The position numbers and the translations under genes are program-made. Below the pieces are notes generated by a model. That model worked only from the letters and a program-made list of their open reading frames with translations. It was not told the origin of the DNA and did not search any database. From contig CAWHTE010000007.1 in assembly GCA_963832165.1 (NCBI GenBank), forward strand, positions 512,001-576,000: a DNA stretch of 64,000 nucleotides, given 5' to 3'. Source of the stretch: an uncultured delta proteobacterium (lineage in GTDB: Bacteria > Myxococcota_A > UBA9160 > SMWR01). This document shows, piece after piece, positions 1 through 10,310 of this stretch. Each line of letters opens with the position of its first letter. The first letter of the stretch is position 1.

Positions 1-910
1 TGCCGAGGTTCTCGTCGATGCGCACCTCGAGTCCTTCGCGGTCGAACAGCGGCTCGGTCTCCTGGTAGAGCTCGAGCCGCGGCTTCGGGTCCGCGACGAA
101 GCGGTCGAGGAAGCGCCCCATCTTCTCGTGGATCACGGGATCGTCGACCACGATGCGCCTGGTGCGGCCGTTCGCGAAGTCGCGGATCGCGCGCAGCGGC
201 AGCGACAGCTCTTCGTAGAGCGTCGCGGGCGCACGCGCGCCGACCTGCGCCGCGCGGATCTCCTCCCAGACCGCAGCGAGGTAGGCGACGTCGGCCTCGA
301 TGTCGGCCTCGCGCGTGCCTTCGCCCGCGGTGCGGATGATGAAGCCGAGATCCTTCGGCCGCGAACGCGTGACGATGTCCTTGAGCCGGCGGCGCTCGCG
401 GTCTGATCCGATCCGCCGCGACACCCCGACCCGCTTCGACCACGGCGTCAGCACGAGATGGCGGCCCGCGATCGAGAGATGGCTCGTGATCCGCGCACCT
501 TTGGTGCCGATCGGCTCCTTCGCGACCTGGACGATGATCTCCTGGCCTTCCTGGAGCACCGTCTCGATCCGGGGCACCTGGCGCTGATTGCGCCGGAACC
601 GGCGCCGCCGATCCTCGTCCTCGCCGTCGAGCAGCCCCTCGTCATCGAGGTAGTCGCCCACATAGAGGAACGCGGCCTTCTCGAGCCCGATGTCCACGAA
701 GCCGGCCTGCATGCCCGGCAGAACCCGCGTCACGCGGCCCTTGGCGACCATCCCCGCCACATTGCGATCGCGTTCGCGTTCAATGTGGAGCTCGGCAAAA
801 TTTCCGCCCTCTACCAGGGCGACGCGGGTCTCGCCTCCACTGGCATTGATGATGATTTCGTTCGAGGTCGCGGGGCGGCCGCCCCCCGAACGCTGTCCAT
901 TGGACGCCAC
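1..910 (-). CDS. Rne/Rng family ribonuclease (RNase E/G), 3' part runs off the window
   Basis: Manual minus-strand translation: NEIIINASGGETRVALVEGG...KGRVTRVLPGMQAGFVDIGLEKAAFLY. GTG start at 910 with GGAG upstream. Absent from the ORF track because it is truncated. Confidence 0.9.
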   Translation of the reverse strand, partial: MASNGQRSGGGRPATSNEIIINASGGETRVALVEGGNFAELHIERERDRNVAGMVAKGRVTRVLPGMQAGFVDIGLEKAAFLYVGDYLDDEGLLDGEDEDRRRRFRRNQRQVPRIETVLQEGQEIIVQVAKEPIGTKGARITSHLSIAGRHLVLTPWSKRVGVSRRIGSDRERRRLKDIVTRSRPKDLGFIIRTAGEGTREADIEADVAYLAAVWEEIRAAQVGARAPATLYEELSLPLRAIRDFANGRTRRIVVDDPVIHEKMGRFLDRFVADPKPRLELYQETEPLFDREGLEVRIDENLG

Positions 911-1335
911 GCCTGTATCTCCGGCGTTGGCGAGCCGTTCGGGCTTTTGGAATGGAGTTGGGTCGACGCCGGGTGAGTCCCGGCGCGCGGCGGGGCCCTA
1001 GCTGGAATTGGCCGCGGCGCGAGACCGCGGCCAGCGGACGAGACTTATCTCTAATGTCCCGAAATCGCTATTGAAAACGTTGACTCGCACAGTTTGTGTC
1101 TATACGGTGCGGTCCTGTGATTCGGCTTCGAGCTCCGCGCAGCGCCCCGCCGCCCGTCCAGCTCGTCCGATTCCCCCGTGAAGGGCCCACCCGTGATTCA
1201 GGAGACTTCGAGTGCGTCGCCGGGGTTCTTCCTTAGACCGGCCGGTGACTGGACCGCCGGTCGTACAGCTCCGGAAACGCCTTGCCTCCCGCGGGTAAAC
1301 CCTTAGGACCGCGCGAAAATTTGAGTCACAGAATC

Positions 1336-2742
1336 ATGAATTCGCGAAGTGAGGTCAAGAGCGACGCGAGACGATCGTTACCGGCGGTCGATCGCCTCGT
1401 GCGCGCGCTCGAGAGCGACGCCTCCTCCGATCTTCCGATCTGGGCGCTGCGCGAAGCGGCCCGCGAGGTGCTCGAAGCCGAGCGCGAGCGGCTCGGCGCA
1501 GTGTCCGACCCGCCCGCGGCGGCCTCCGAGCCGGAGTTGATTGCGCGCGCGGCCGCGCGCGCGGCCGATCTCGCGCGCCCGCATCCCCAGCCCGTGATCA
1601 ACGCGACCGGGATCCTCCTGCACACGAATCTCGGCCGGGCTCCGCTCGCGCCGGGCGCCGCGCGCGCGGTGGAGCTCGCGGCGCGCAGCTACGGCGACCT
1701 CGAGCTCGATCTCGGTCCCGGGGCGCGCGGTTCGCGCGGCGCCGCGGTCGAGCACAAGCTGCGCCTGCTCTCGGGCGCGGCGGGCGCGCTCGTGGTGAAC
1801 AACAACGCCGCCGCGGTGCTGCTCGCGCTCGCGGGCCTCGCGCAGGGCCGGGCCGCGGTCGTCTCGCGCGGGGAGCTCGTGGAGATCGGCGGCTCGTTCC
1901 GCGTGCCCGAGATCATGGCGTCGGCAGGCGTGCGCCTCGTCGAGGTGGGCACCACGAACCGGACCCATCTTCGCGACTACGAGTCGGCGATCGACGCCGA
2001 CGTCGCGCTCGTGCTCAAGGTCCACCGCAGCAACTTTGCCCTTCGGGGCTTCGTAGCCGAGGTCGAGCTCGCCGATCTGGCCGAGCTCGCGCAGGCGCAC
2101 GACCTGCCGCTCGTCGAGGACCTCGGCAGCGGCACGCTCATCGATCTCTCACGGCGTGGGTTTCCCGAGGAGATCTGGGCGCCGGGGCGCCTCACGCGCG
2201 GCGCAGACGCCGTGTGCTTCTCGGCCGACAAGCTGCTGGGCGGGCCGCAGGCCGGGATCCTCCTCACGCGCGACGCCGCGCTCGCCGACCGCTTGCGGCG
2301 CCACCCCCTCGCCCGCGCGCTGCGCATGGACAAGCTCTCGCTCGCGGCGCTCGACTGGACGCTGTCCGCGTATCTCGAGGGGCGCGCCGAACAGGAGATT
2401 CCCCTGCTGCGGCAACTACTCGCGGCGCCCGACGAGCTGCGGCGCCGGGCCGCTGCGCTCGCCGAGAGGCTGTGTGCGAGCGAGGACTTTCGCGCGAAGG
2501 CGCACGTCGAGCCCGACCAGAGCTACGCGGGCGGTGGCTCGCTGCCCGAGCACGCGCTCGAGAGCTGGGTCGTGCGCGTGGAGGCCCCCGTCGGAGCGGA
2601 GCGCCTCGCGGCGCGGCTGCGCTCGGGGCACCCGCCCGTGCTCGCGCGCGTCCGCGACGACCGCCTGATCCTCGACGTGCGCACCCTGCTCGAGGGCGAA
2701 GAGGACCGGCTCGTGCACGCGATGTTCGAAGCGCTGCGTTGA
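1336..2742 (+). CDS. selA: L-seryl-tRNA(Sec) selenium transferase (selenocysteine synthase)
   Basis: VINATGILLHTNLGRAPL, VVNNNAAA, SRGELVEIGGSFRVP, EVGTTNRT and FSADKLLGGPQAG (PLP Lys). Start codon uncertain. Confidence 0.96.
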   Translation: MNSRSEVKSDARRSLPAVDRLVRALESDASSDLPIWALREAAREVLEAERERLGAVSDPPAAASEPELIARAAARAADLARPHPQPVINATGILLHTNLGRAPLAPGAARAVELAARSYGDLELDLGPGARGSRGAAVEHKLRLLSGAAGALVVNNNAAAVLLALAGLAQGRAAVVSRGELVEIGGSFRVPEIMASAGVRLVEVGTTNRTHLRDYESAIDADVALVLKVHRSNFALRGFVAEVELADLAELAQAHDLPLVEDLGSGTLIDLSRRGFPEEIWAPGRLTRGADAVCFSADKLLGGPQAGILLTRDAALADRLRRHPLARALRMDKLSLAALDWTLSAYLEGRAEQEIPLLRQLLAAPDELRRRAAALAERLCASEDFRAKAHVEPDQSYAGGGSLPEHALESWVVRVEAPVGAERLAARLRSGHPPVLARVRDDRLILDVRTLLEGEEDRLVHAMFEALR

Positions 2743-2782
2743 TGCGTCGAAGCTTGTCGCTTACGCTCCGTTGGCGAGACGC

Positions 2783-3373
2783 ATGCTGGACTCGAACGTT
2801 CTCGTACTCAATCGCTCGTATCTACCGATTCATGTCACATCGGTCCGGCGCGCCTTCTCTCTGATCTACCGCGGCACCGCGCTCGCGGTGAACGCGCGCT
2901 ACGAGACGTTCGACTTCGACGCCTGGCGGCGCGTCGAGGCCGACGGCGACGAGGGCGTCGGCACCCCCGACGGCTCGATCCGGGCGCCAAGAGTGATCCT
3001 GCTACAGGGCTACGACCGAGTGCCGAGGCGCCACGTGCGCTACAGCCGGCTCAACATCTTCGCACGCGACAACTACACGTGTCAGTACTGCGGCGGGAAG
3101 CCCCACCGCTCGAAGCTCAATCTCGACCACGTGATCCCGCGCTCGCTCGGCGGCCGCACCACCTGGGAGAACGTGGTGTGCAGCTGCATCGACTGCAATC
3201 GCCGCAAGGGTGGTCGCACGCCCACGCAGGCGCGTCTGCGACTGCAGCGCCGGCCGGTAAAGCCGAGCTGGACTCCGATGCTCACGCACATCGGTGCGAA
3301 GATACGCTACGAAGAGTGGCGGCCGTTCCTGCACATCGCGGCGCCGGAACCGGGGGTGGCGGCAGGAGGATGA
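2783..3373 (+). CDS. HNH endonuclease (McrA-like)
   Basis: VLVLNRSY N-terminus; RDNYTCQYCG...LDHVIPRSLGGRTTWENVVCSCIDCNRRKG. Confidence 0.92.
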   Translation: MLDSNVLVLNRSYLPIHVTSVRRAFSLIYRGTALAVNARYETFDFDAWRRVEADGDEGVGTPDGSIRAPRVILLQGYDRVPRRHVRYSRLNIFARDNYTCQYCGGKPHRSKLNLDHVIPRSLGGRTTWENVVCSCIDCNRRKGGRTPTQARLRLQRRPVKPSWTPMLTHIGAKIRYEEWRPFLHIAAPEPGVAAGG

Positions 3374-3447
3374 AAATCTCGCGCGTTGTGGGCCGGGGGG
3401 TCCGCAACTGGCGCGCGCCGACGGGCGAGCGAACTGGGGGGTGAGAG

Positions 3448-4413
3448 GTGATCAGCGCGACGAACGAGGTACCGCCGGTATTCGGTGCGCCGCGCCTGAT
3501 TCCGTTCGGCGGCGGCAAGGGGGGCGTCGGCAAGACCTTCGTGGCGGCGAATCTCGCCACCACTCTGGCCAAGGCCGGACATCGCGTCGTGGCCGTCGAC
3601 GGCGATCTCGAGGGCGCCAATCTCCACACGGCGCTCGGCGTCCCGCGGCCGCGCACCAGTGTCGCGGAGTACGCCGCCGAGCGTGAAGAAGACGTGCGCA
3701 AGCTGCTCGAGGAGACGCCCTTCCCGAATCTGCGGCTGATCGCCGCAACGCGTCCGAACCTCGCCAACCCGCAGCCCTCGCACGCGCTGCGCGTGAAGTT
3801 CGTGCGCTCGCTGCGGACGCTCGACGCCGACTACGTGTTCATCGATCTCGGCGCGGGCGCCGACGCCACCGTCATGGACTACTTCATGGTCTGCGACGAC
3901 GGCGTCGTCGTGATCGCGCCCGAGCCCACCTCGGTGGAGAACGCCTATGCGTTCATGCGCGCGGCGTTCTACCGGCGGCTCAAGCTTTCGATGCTCTCGG
4001 CGGACGTGCGCAAGGTGATCGCGCTCGCGATGGACGAGCGCAATGAGCGCGGCATCCGCACGCCGCTGGATCTCTTGCGCGAGGTGAAGGCGATCGACAC
4101 CGAGGAGGCGCATCGCTTCGTCGAGGTGATGCGCGCGTTTCGGCCGCGCATCATCGTGAACGACGTGCGCACCGCCGAGGACATCCGGCTCGGCTTCTCC
4201 GTGCGCAGCGTGTGCCGCAAGTACTTTGCGATCGACGCAGACTATCTCGGCTACGTGAATCACGACGCCGCGGCGCGTGCCTCGGTGCGCGCGCGCCGGC
4301 CGCTGGTCGACTCCGACCCGCGCTCCGACGCGGCCGTCTACCTCGCGCGCATCGCGCGCAAGCTGATCGCGCCCCGCCTCGACGCCGCTACGGAAGTGAG
4401 TGCCTCGCTATGA
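3448..4413 (+). CDS. MinD/FlhG/ParA-family P-loop ATPase
   Basis: Deviant Walker A GGKGGVGKT, VDGDLEGANL, IDLGAG, PEPTSVENAY. Confidence 0.85.
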   Translation: MISATNEVPPVFGAPRLIPFGGGKGGVGKTFVAANLATTLAKAGHRVVAVDGDLEGANLHTALGVPRPRTSVAEYAAEREEDVRKLLEETPFPNLRLIAATRPNLANPQPSHALRVKFVRSLRTLDADYVFIDLGAGADATVMDYFMVCDDGVVVIAPEPTSVENAYAFMRAAFYRRLKLSMLSADVRKVIALAMDERNERGIRTPLDLLREVKAIDTEEAHRFVEVMRAFRPRIIVNDVRTAEDIRLGFSVRSVCRKYFAIDADYLGYVNHDAAARASVRARRPLVDSDPRSDAAVYLARIARKLIAPRLDAATEVSASL

Positions 4414-5051
4414 AACCGGTCATCGAGCAGGACTACTACGAAACCCTCGACGTCCCGCGCAGCGCGGGCTGCGACGAGATCGAGCGCGCCTATCGCCTCG
4501 CCTGCGACACCTACTGCGAAGATTCGCTCGCGGGCTATCCCGTGTTCGAGATGGGCGACGTGGAGCTCTTGCGCGAGCGGATCGAGGTCGCGTATCGGAT
4601 CCTCGTCGACCCGGAGACACGGCGCGCGTACGACGTCGAGCTCTCCGCGCAACCGGTCGAAGCGCCGCCCGTGCTGCGCAGCGCCTCCGAGCCCTCGTTC
4701 GAGGGCGAGCCGGTGCGGCCCGCCGCGTCCGTACTCGCGCCGCTCGACACGCTCGACGAGCTCGAAGAGGGCGAGGGCGAGTGGACCGGCGCGCGCCTGC
4801 GGCGCGCGCGGCTGCGCCAGGGCATCGAGCTCGACGAGATCACCAAGATCACCAAGGTCAACCCCACCTACCTCGCATTCATCGAGGACGAGCGCTTCGA
4901 CGGTTTGCCGGCCGCGGTCTACGTGCGCGGGTTCGTGGTGGGTTATGCGACTTGTCTCGGCCTCGACGCGAAGCGCGTCGCAGCGAGCTACCTGCAGCGC
5001 TGCGAGGAGCGCAGGGGCGCCAGCAAGCGCCGCTTGTTCTCTCGCAAGTAA
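4410..5051 (+). CDS. J-like domain plus RodZ-type helix-turn-helix protein
   Basis: DYYETLDV...EIERAYR...AYRILVDPETRRAYD (J-like, no HPD); C-terminal GARLRRARLRQGIELDEI...LPAAVYVRGF. ATGA overlap with the upstream gene. Confidence 0.75.
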   Translation: MKPVIEQDYYETLDVPRSAGCDEIERAYRLACDTYCEDSLAGYPVFEMGDVELLRERIEVAYRILVDPETRRAYDVELSAQPVEAPPVLRSASEPSFEGEPVRPAASVLAPLDTLDELEEGEGEWTGARLRRARLRQGIELDEITKITKVNPTYLAFIEDERFDGLPAAVYVRGFVVGYATCLGLDAKRVAASYLQRCEERRGASKRRLFSRK

Positions 5052-5060
5052 GCGGGGGCT

Positions 5061-5993
5061 GTGGCGCCGCCGCGCTACCTCGTCGGAGAGAGCGAGGACG
5101 GACAGCGTCTCGACACCGCGCTCGCGAGCCTGGTGGGAGAGTCGCGCTCGCAGGCGCGGCGCTGGATCGACGAAGACCGCGTGCGCTGGAACGACCGCGC
5201 GGCCGCCGCGAGCCAGCTCGTCGCCGAGGGCGACTGGATCGACGCGTCGCCTCCCGACCCGATCCCCGCGCGCGCGCTGCCCGAGGCGATCCCGCTGTGC
5301 ATCCTCTACGAAGACTCGGCGATCGTGGTCGTGGACAAGTCGGCCGACATGGTCGTGCATCCGGGGCCGGGTCACGCGGGAGGAACCCTCGTGAACGCGC
5401 TGCTGCACCACTGCGACGACCTCGCGCCGGTCGGCGGCGTGCTGCGGCCCGGGATCGTGCACCGACTCGACCGCGGCACCTCGGGCGTGATCGTGGTGGC
5501 CAAGAACGACGACGCGCACCGCGCGCTCGCGCAGCAGTTCCAGGCGCACACGATCGAGCGCGTCTATCAGGCGCTCGTGCGCGGCATTCCCTCGAGCGAC
5601 TCGGGCAAGGTCGACGCCGCGATCGCGCGCCACCCGCGCGACCGCAAGCGCATGACCGTCGTGCGCGAGGGCGGGCGCGAGTCACGCACGCGCTGGACCG
5701 TCGCGCGGCGCTTCCCGAAGAGCGCGCGCAGCCTGCTCGAAGTGCGCCCCGAGACCGGGCGCACCCACCAGATCCGCGTGCACCTCGCGTCGGTCGGACT
5801 CCCGATCGCGGGCGATCCCGTCTACGGCCGCCGCGGGCGCGATCGCGCCGAGCCCGGCCTCGACCGCCCCGCGCTCCACGCGCGCGTGCTCGGCCTCGTG
5901 CATCCGCGCACGGGCGAGCGCGTGCGGTTCGAGGCCGAGCTGCCCGCGGACATGGCTCTGCGGATCGAAGCGCTCGAACGGCGGGAGCGATGA
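5061..5993 (+). CDS. rluD: RluA-family pseudouridine synthase (RluD-like, with S4 domain)
   Basis: GIVHRLDRGTSG, ETGRTHQIRVH, GDPVYG. Confidence 0.9.
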   Translation: MAPPRYLVGESEDGQRLDTALASLVGESRSQARRWIDEDRVRWNDRAAAASQLVAEGDWIDASPPDPIPARALPEAIPLCILYEDSAIVVVDKSADMVVHPGPGHAGGTLVNALLHHCDDLAPVGGVLRPGIVHRLDRGTSGVIVVAKNDDAHRALAQQFQAHTIERVYQALVRGIPSSDSGKVDAAIARHPRDRKRMTVVREGGRESRTRWTVARRFPKSARSLLEVRPETGRTHQIRVHLASVGLPIAGDPVYGRRGRDRAEPGLDRPALHARVLGLVHPRTGERVRFEAELPADMALRIEALERRER

Positions 5994-6637
5994 GCATCGA
6001 ACACCCGCTGCTGCGCGCGTGCGGTGTCCGCCACGGCTTCGGCACGCGCGGCGATGCACCGCCCGAAGACCTGGTGCGGCCGCGCCAGGTGCACGGCACC
6101 CGCGTCGCGAGCGCGCAGGAGTGCGCGGACGGCATCGACGCGGATGCTGTGGTGGCGCGCGCGGCCGCGCACCCCATCGGGGTGGTCACGGCCGACTGCG
6201 TGCCCGTGCTCGCCGCGAGCGCGGACGGTGGCGCCGTGGCCGCGATCCACGCGGGCTGGCGCGGGCTCGCGGCGGGCGTCATCGAGGCGGGGATCGACGC
6301 ACTGCGGCGTGAAGCACCGCGTCAGACGCTGCGCGCAGCGATCGGACCGCATATCGGCCCCTGTTGCTACGAAGTCGACGCGCCGGTTCTCGACGCACTG
6401 CGCCATTTCGGTGCGGATCTCGACGCGGCGCTTCGCGAAAGCCGGCCCGGTCATCACTGGCTCGATCTCGGCGCGCTCTCGCGCAGTGCGCTGCTACGCG
6501 CAGGCGTGTCGCCGGACGCGATCGGGGCGACCGCGCTCGCCTGCACATCGTGTGACGATCGGCGCTTTCATTCCTACCGGCGCGACGGGCCGCGCGCAGG
6601 ACGACTCGTACACTGGATCGCGGCTGCGAATCCTTGA
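5990..6637 (+). CDS. pgeF: YfiH/PgeF family protein
   Basis: QVHG, TADCVPVL, AIHAGWRG, IGPHIGPCCYEV, FHSYRR; usual position after rluD. Confidence 0.9.
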   Translation: MSIEHPLLRACGVRHGFGTRGDAPPEDLVRPRQVHGTRVASAQECADGIDADAVVARAAAHPIGVVTADCVPVLAASADGGAVAAIHAGWRGLAAGVIEAGIDALRREAPRQTLRAAIGPHIGPCCYEVDAPVLDALRHFGADLDAALRESRPGHHWLDLGALSRSALLRAGVSPDAIGATALACTSCDDRRFHSYRRDGPRAGRLVHWIAAANP

Positions 6638-6662
6638 CAGTGTTGGAACCGACCCATAGCCT
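6634..6662 (+). promoter_or_regulatory. Putative sigma70 promoter for rho
   Basis: TTGACA-N17-TAGCCT. Confidence 0.55.
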
Positions 6663-6753
6663 CGCTCCTCCGATCCTCCGGTTGGGTCGCCGAGTCGCGC
6701 ATCCAACCCCCTAATCCCAACCAATTCGATTTCCTGACTCGGCACCGAAGCGC

Positions 6754-8268
6754 ATGGGCGCGCGCTCGTGCCGCTCGTGCCGAGTCTCACTGCGCGAGCG
6801 GAACGACCGCGGGGAGCGTCATCTGAGCACCGGGCCCACCGAGAATCCGACCTCCACCGAGTCGCGCGTGCGGCGCGTGACTCGTCGTGCGCGCGGAAAC
6901 GGCGGCAACGGCAACGGTGCACCCGGATCGGGGAGCGAATCCGAGACGCGCGAGATCGCCGCAGAGCTCGAGGAAGACGCCGAGCTCGAGTTCGACGCGG
7001 ACGCGGGCGAGTCTCCGCAGCTCGACGTGAAGCAGCTCAAGGAGAAGTCGCTCTTCGAGCTCGCAGCGCTCGCGGACGAGCTCCACGTCGAGAACGCCGC
7101 GGGCATGCGCCTGCAGGACCTCGTGTTTGCGATCTTGAAGGCGCAGGCGGCCAAGCGCGGGCGCATCTACGCCGAGGGCGTGCTCGAGACGCTGCCCGAC
7201 GGCTTCGGATTCCTGCGCGCGCCCGACCAGAACTACCTCGCGGGCCCCGACGACATCTACGTCTCGCCCTCGCAGATCCGGCGCTTCAACCTGCGCACGG
7301 GCGACACGGTGACGGGTCAGATCCGGCCGCCGAAGGAGGGCGAGCGCTATTTCGCGCTGCTCAAGGTCGACCAGATCAACTTCGAGGCGCCCGAAGCGGC
7401 GAAGCACAAGATCCTGTTCGACAACCTCACGCCGCTGTACCCGCAGGAGAAGTTCCGGCTCGAGGCGAAGTCGGGCGGCCTCACCACGCGCATCATCGAT
7501 CTGATCGCGCCGATCGGGAAGGGTCAGCGCGCATTGATCACGTCGCCGCCCAAGGCCGGCAAGACGATGATCCTCAAGGCGATCGCGAACGCGATCGCCG
7601 AGAACCACCCCGAGGCCTACCTGATCGTGCTCTTGATCGACGAGCGGCCCGAGGAAGTGACCGACATGGAGCGCAACGTCCGCGCCGAGGTGATCTCGTC
7701 GACCTTCGACGAGCCGGCCACGCGCCACGTGCAGGTCGCCGACATGGTGATCGACAAGGCGCGCCGACTCGTCGAGCACCGCCGCGACGTCGTGATCCTG
7801 CTCGACTCGATCACGCGGCTCGCGCGCGCCCACAACACGGTGGCGCCGCACTCGGGCAAGATCCTCTCGGGCGGCGTCGATTCGAACGCGCTGCACAAGC
7901 CGAAGCGCTTCTTCGGCGCGGCGCGCAACCTCGAAGAGGGCGGCAGCCTCACGATCATCGGCACCGCGCTGATCGAGACCGGATCGCGCATGGACGAGGT
8001 GATCTTCGAGGAGTTCAAGGGCACGGGGAACAGCGAGATCGTGCTCGACCGCAAGCTCGCCGATCGCCGCACCTATCCCGCGATCGACATCAACCGCTCC
8101 GCGACGCGACGCGAAGAGCTGCTCATGACCGAGTCCACGCTCAACCGGATGTACATCCTGCGCAAGGTGCTCGCGCCGCTGAACCCGGTCGACTCGATGG
8201 AGTTCCTGCTCGAGAAGGTGAAGATCAGCGAGACCAACGACGAGTTTCTCGCCTCGATGAATTCATAA
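6754..8268 (+). CDS. rho: Transcription termination factor Rho
   Basis: [59 protein letters not shown]. The true start may lie further downstream. Confidence 0.97.
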   Translation: MGARSCRSCRVSLRERNDRGERHLSTGPTENPTSTESRVRRVTRRARGNGGNGNGAPGSGSESETREIAAELEEDAELEFDADAGESPQLDVKQLKEKSLFELAALADELHVENAAGMRLQDLVFAILKAQAAKRGRIYAEGVLETLPDGFGFLRAPDQNYLAGPDDIYVSPSQIRRFNLRTGDTVTGQIRPPKEGERYFALLKVDQINFEAPEAAKHKILFDNLTPLYPQEKFRLEAKSGGLTTRIIDLIAPIGKGQRALITSPPKAGKTMILKAIANAIAENHPEAYLIVLLIDERPEEVTDMERNVRAEVISSTFDEPATRHVQVADMVIDKARRLVEHRRDVVILLDSITRLARAHNTVAPHSGKILSGGVDSNALHKPKRFFGAARNLEEGGSLTIIGTALIETGSRMDEVIFEEFKGTGNSEIVLDRKLADRRTYPAIDINRSATRREELLMTESTLNRMYILRKVLAPLNPVDSMEFLLEKVKISETNDEFLASMNS

Positions 8269-8291
8269 GGCTGACGGCCTTCGGGTTCGCC

Positions 8292-9333
<1,042 letters not shown>

Positions 9334-9341
<8 letters not shown>

Positions 9342-10308
9342 CGCATCGGCCGGCCAAGTCGACACCCGCGAGCAGGTCTGGACCGTGCTCGACCTGCTGC
9401 GCTGGACCACCGAGCACTTCCGCGAGCGCGGCATCGACACGCCGCGGCTCGACGCGGAGTGTCTGCTCGCGCATGCGCTCGGCTGCGACCGCCTGCGCCT
9501 CTACCTCGAGTTCGACAAGCCGATCCTCGAGCGCGAGCGCGCGCAGTTCCGCTCGCTCGTGCGCGCGCGCGGCCGCGAGCGCGTGCCGGTCGCGCAGCTC
9601 ACGGGTCAGCGAGAGTTCTGGTCGCTGCCGTTGCGCGTGAGCCCGCAGGTGCTGATCCCGCGCCCCGACACCGAGACGCTCGTGGCGGCCGCGCTCGATC
9701 TGCTGCCCGAGCCGGCCGCGCCCGTGCGCGTGCTCGACCTGGGCACGGGCAGCGGCGCCGTGGCGCTCGCGATCGCCCAGGAGCGCCCGCGGGCCCGGAT
9801 CGTGGCCACCGACCGCTCGCCCGAGGCACTCAAAATCGCGCAACAAAATGCCGAAACACTTGGAATGGCAGCTCGAATCGATTTCCTGCGGGGAGACTGG
9901 TGCGCCCCGCTCGCGGCCGGCTTCGACTGCGTGGTGGCCAACCCGCCCTACCTCGCGGAAGCGGAGCGCGGGGGGCTGGCCCCCGAGCTGGCCCACGAGC
10001 CCGCCTCCGCGCTGTTCGCGGGGCCGACGGGCTTGGAGGTACTGGAGCTCCTGTCCCGCGAGGTCCCCGCACTGCTGACCGAGCGCGGCGGGCTCGCATT
10101 CGAGCTCGCTCCGGGCCAGGCCAAGCAGGTGCAGGCGTGGCTCGAGCAGGCCGGTCTGACCACCGCCGTGCACCGCGACCTCGCGGGCCGCGCGCGCGTG
10201 GTCTCGGGTCGTCGGCAAGTCTCGCGCAGCGAGCCGGAGGCGAGCGAAGGCCATCGGGGGGGCGCCCCGGAACGCCCCGACCGGCGTTACGTTTCCGGCG
10301 GGGGGTAG
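9334..10308 (+). CDS. prmC: Release factor glutamine methyltransferase
   Basis: [24 protein letters not shown]; follows prfA. Confidence 0.95.
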
Positions 10309-10310
10309 GA

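Noticed and set aside
1115..1331. Possible 6S RNA (terminal CTGTGATTC/GAGTCACAG complementarity)
   Set aside because: I could not extend the pairing into the long rod with a central bubble; kept only as part of the spacer finding.
2783..3373. HNH nuclease as a defence system or homing element
   Set aside because: Stand-alone, common short HNH type with host-like codon usage; no methylase, intron or defence partners nearby.
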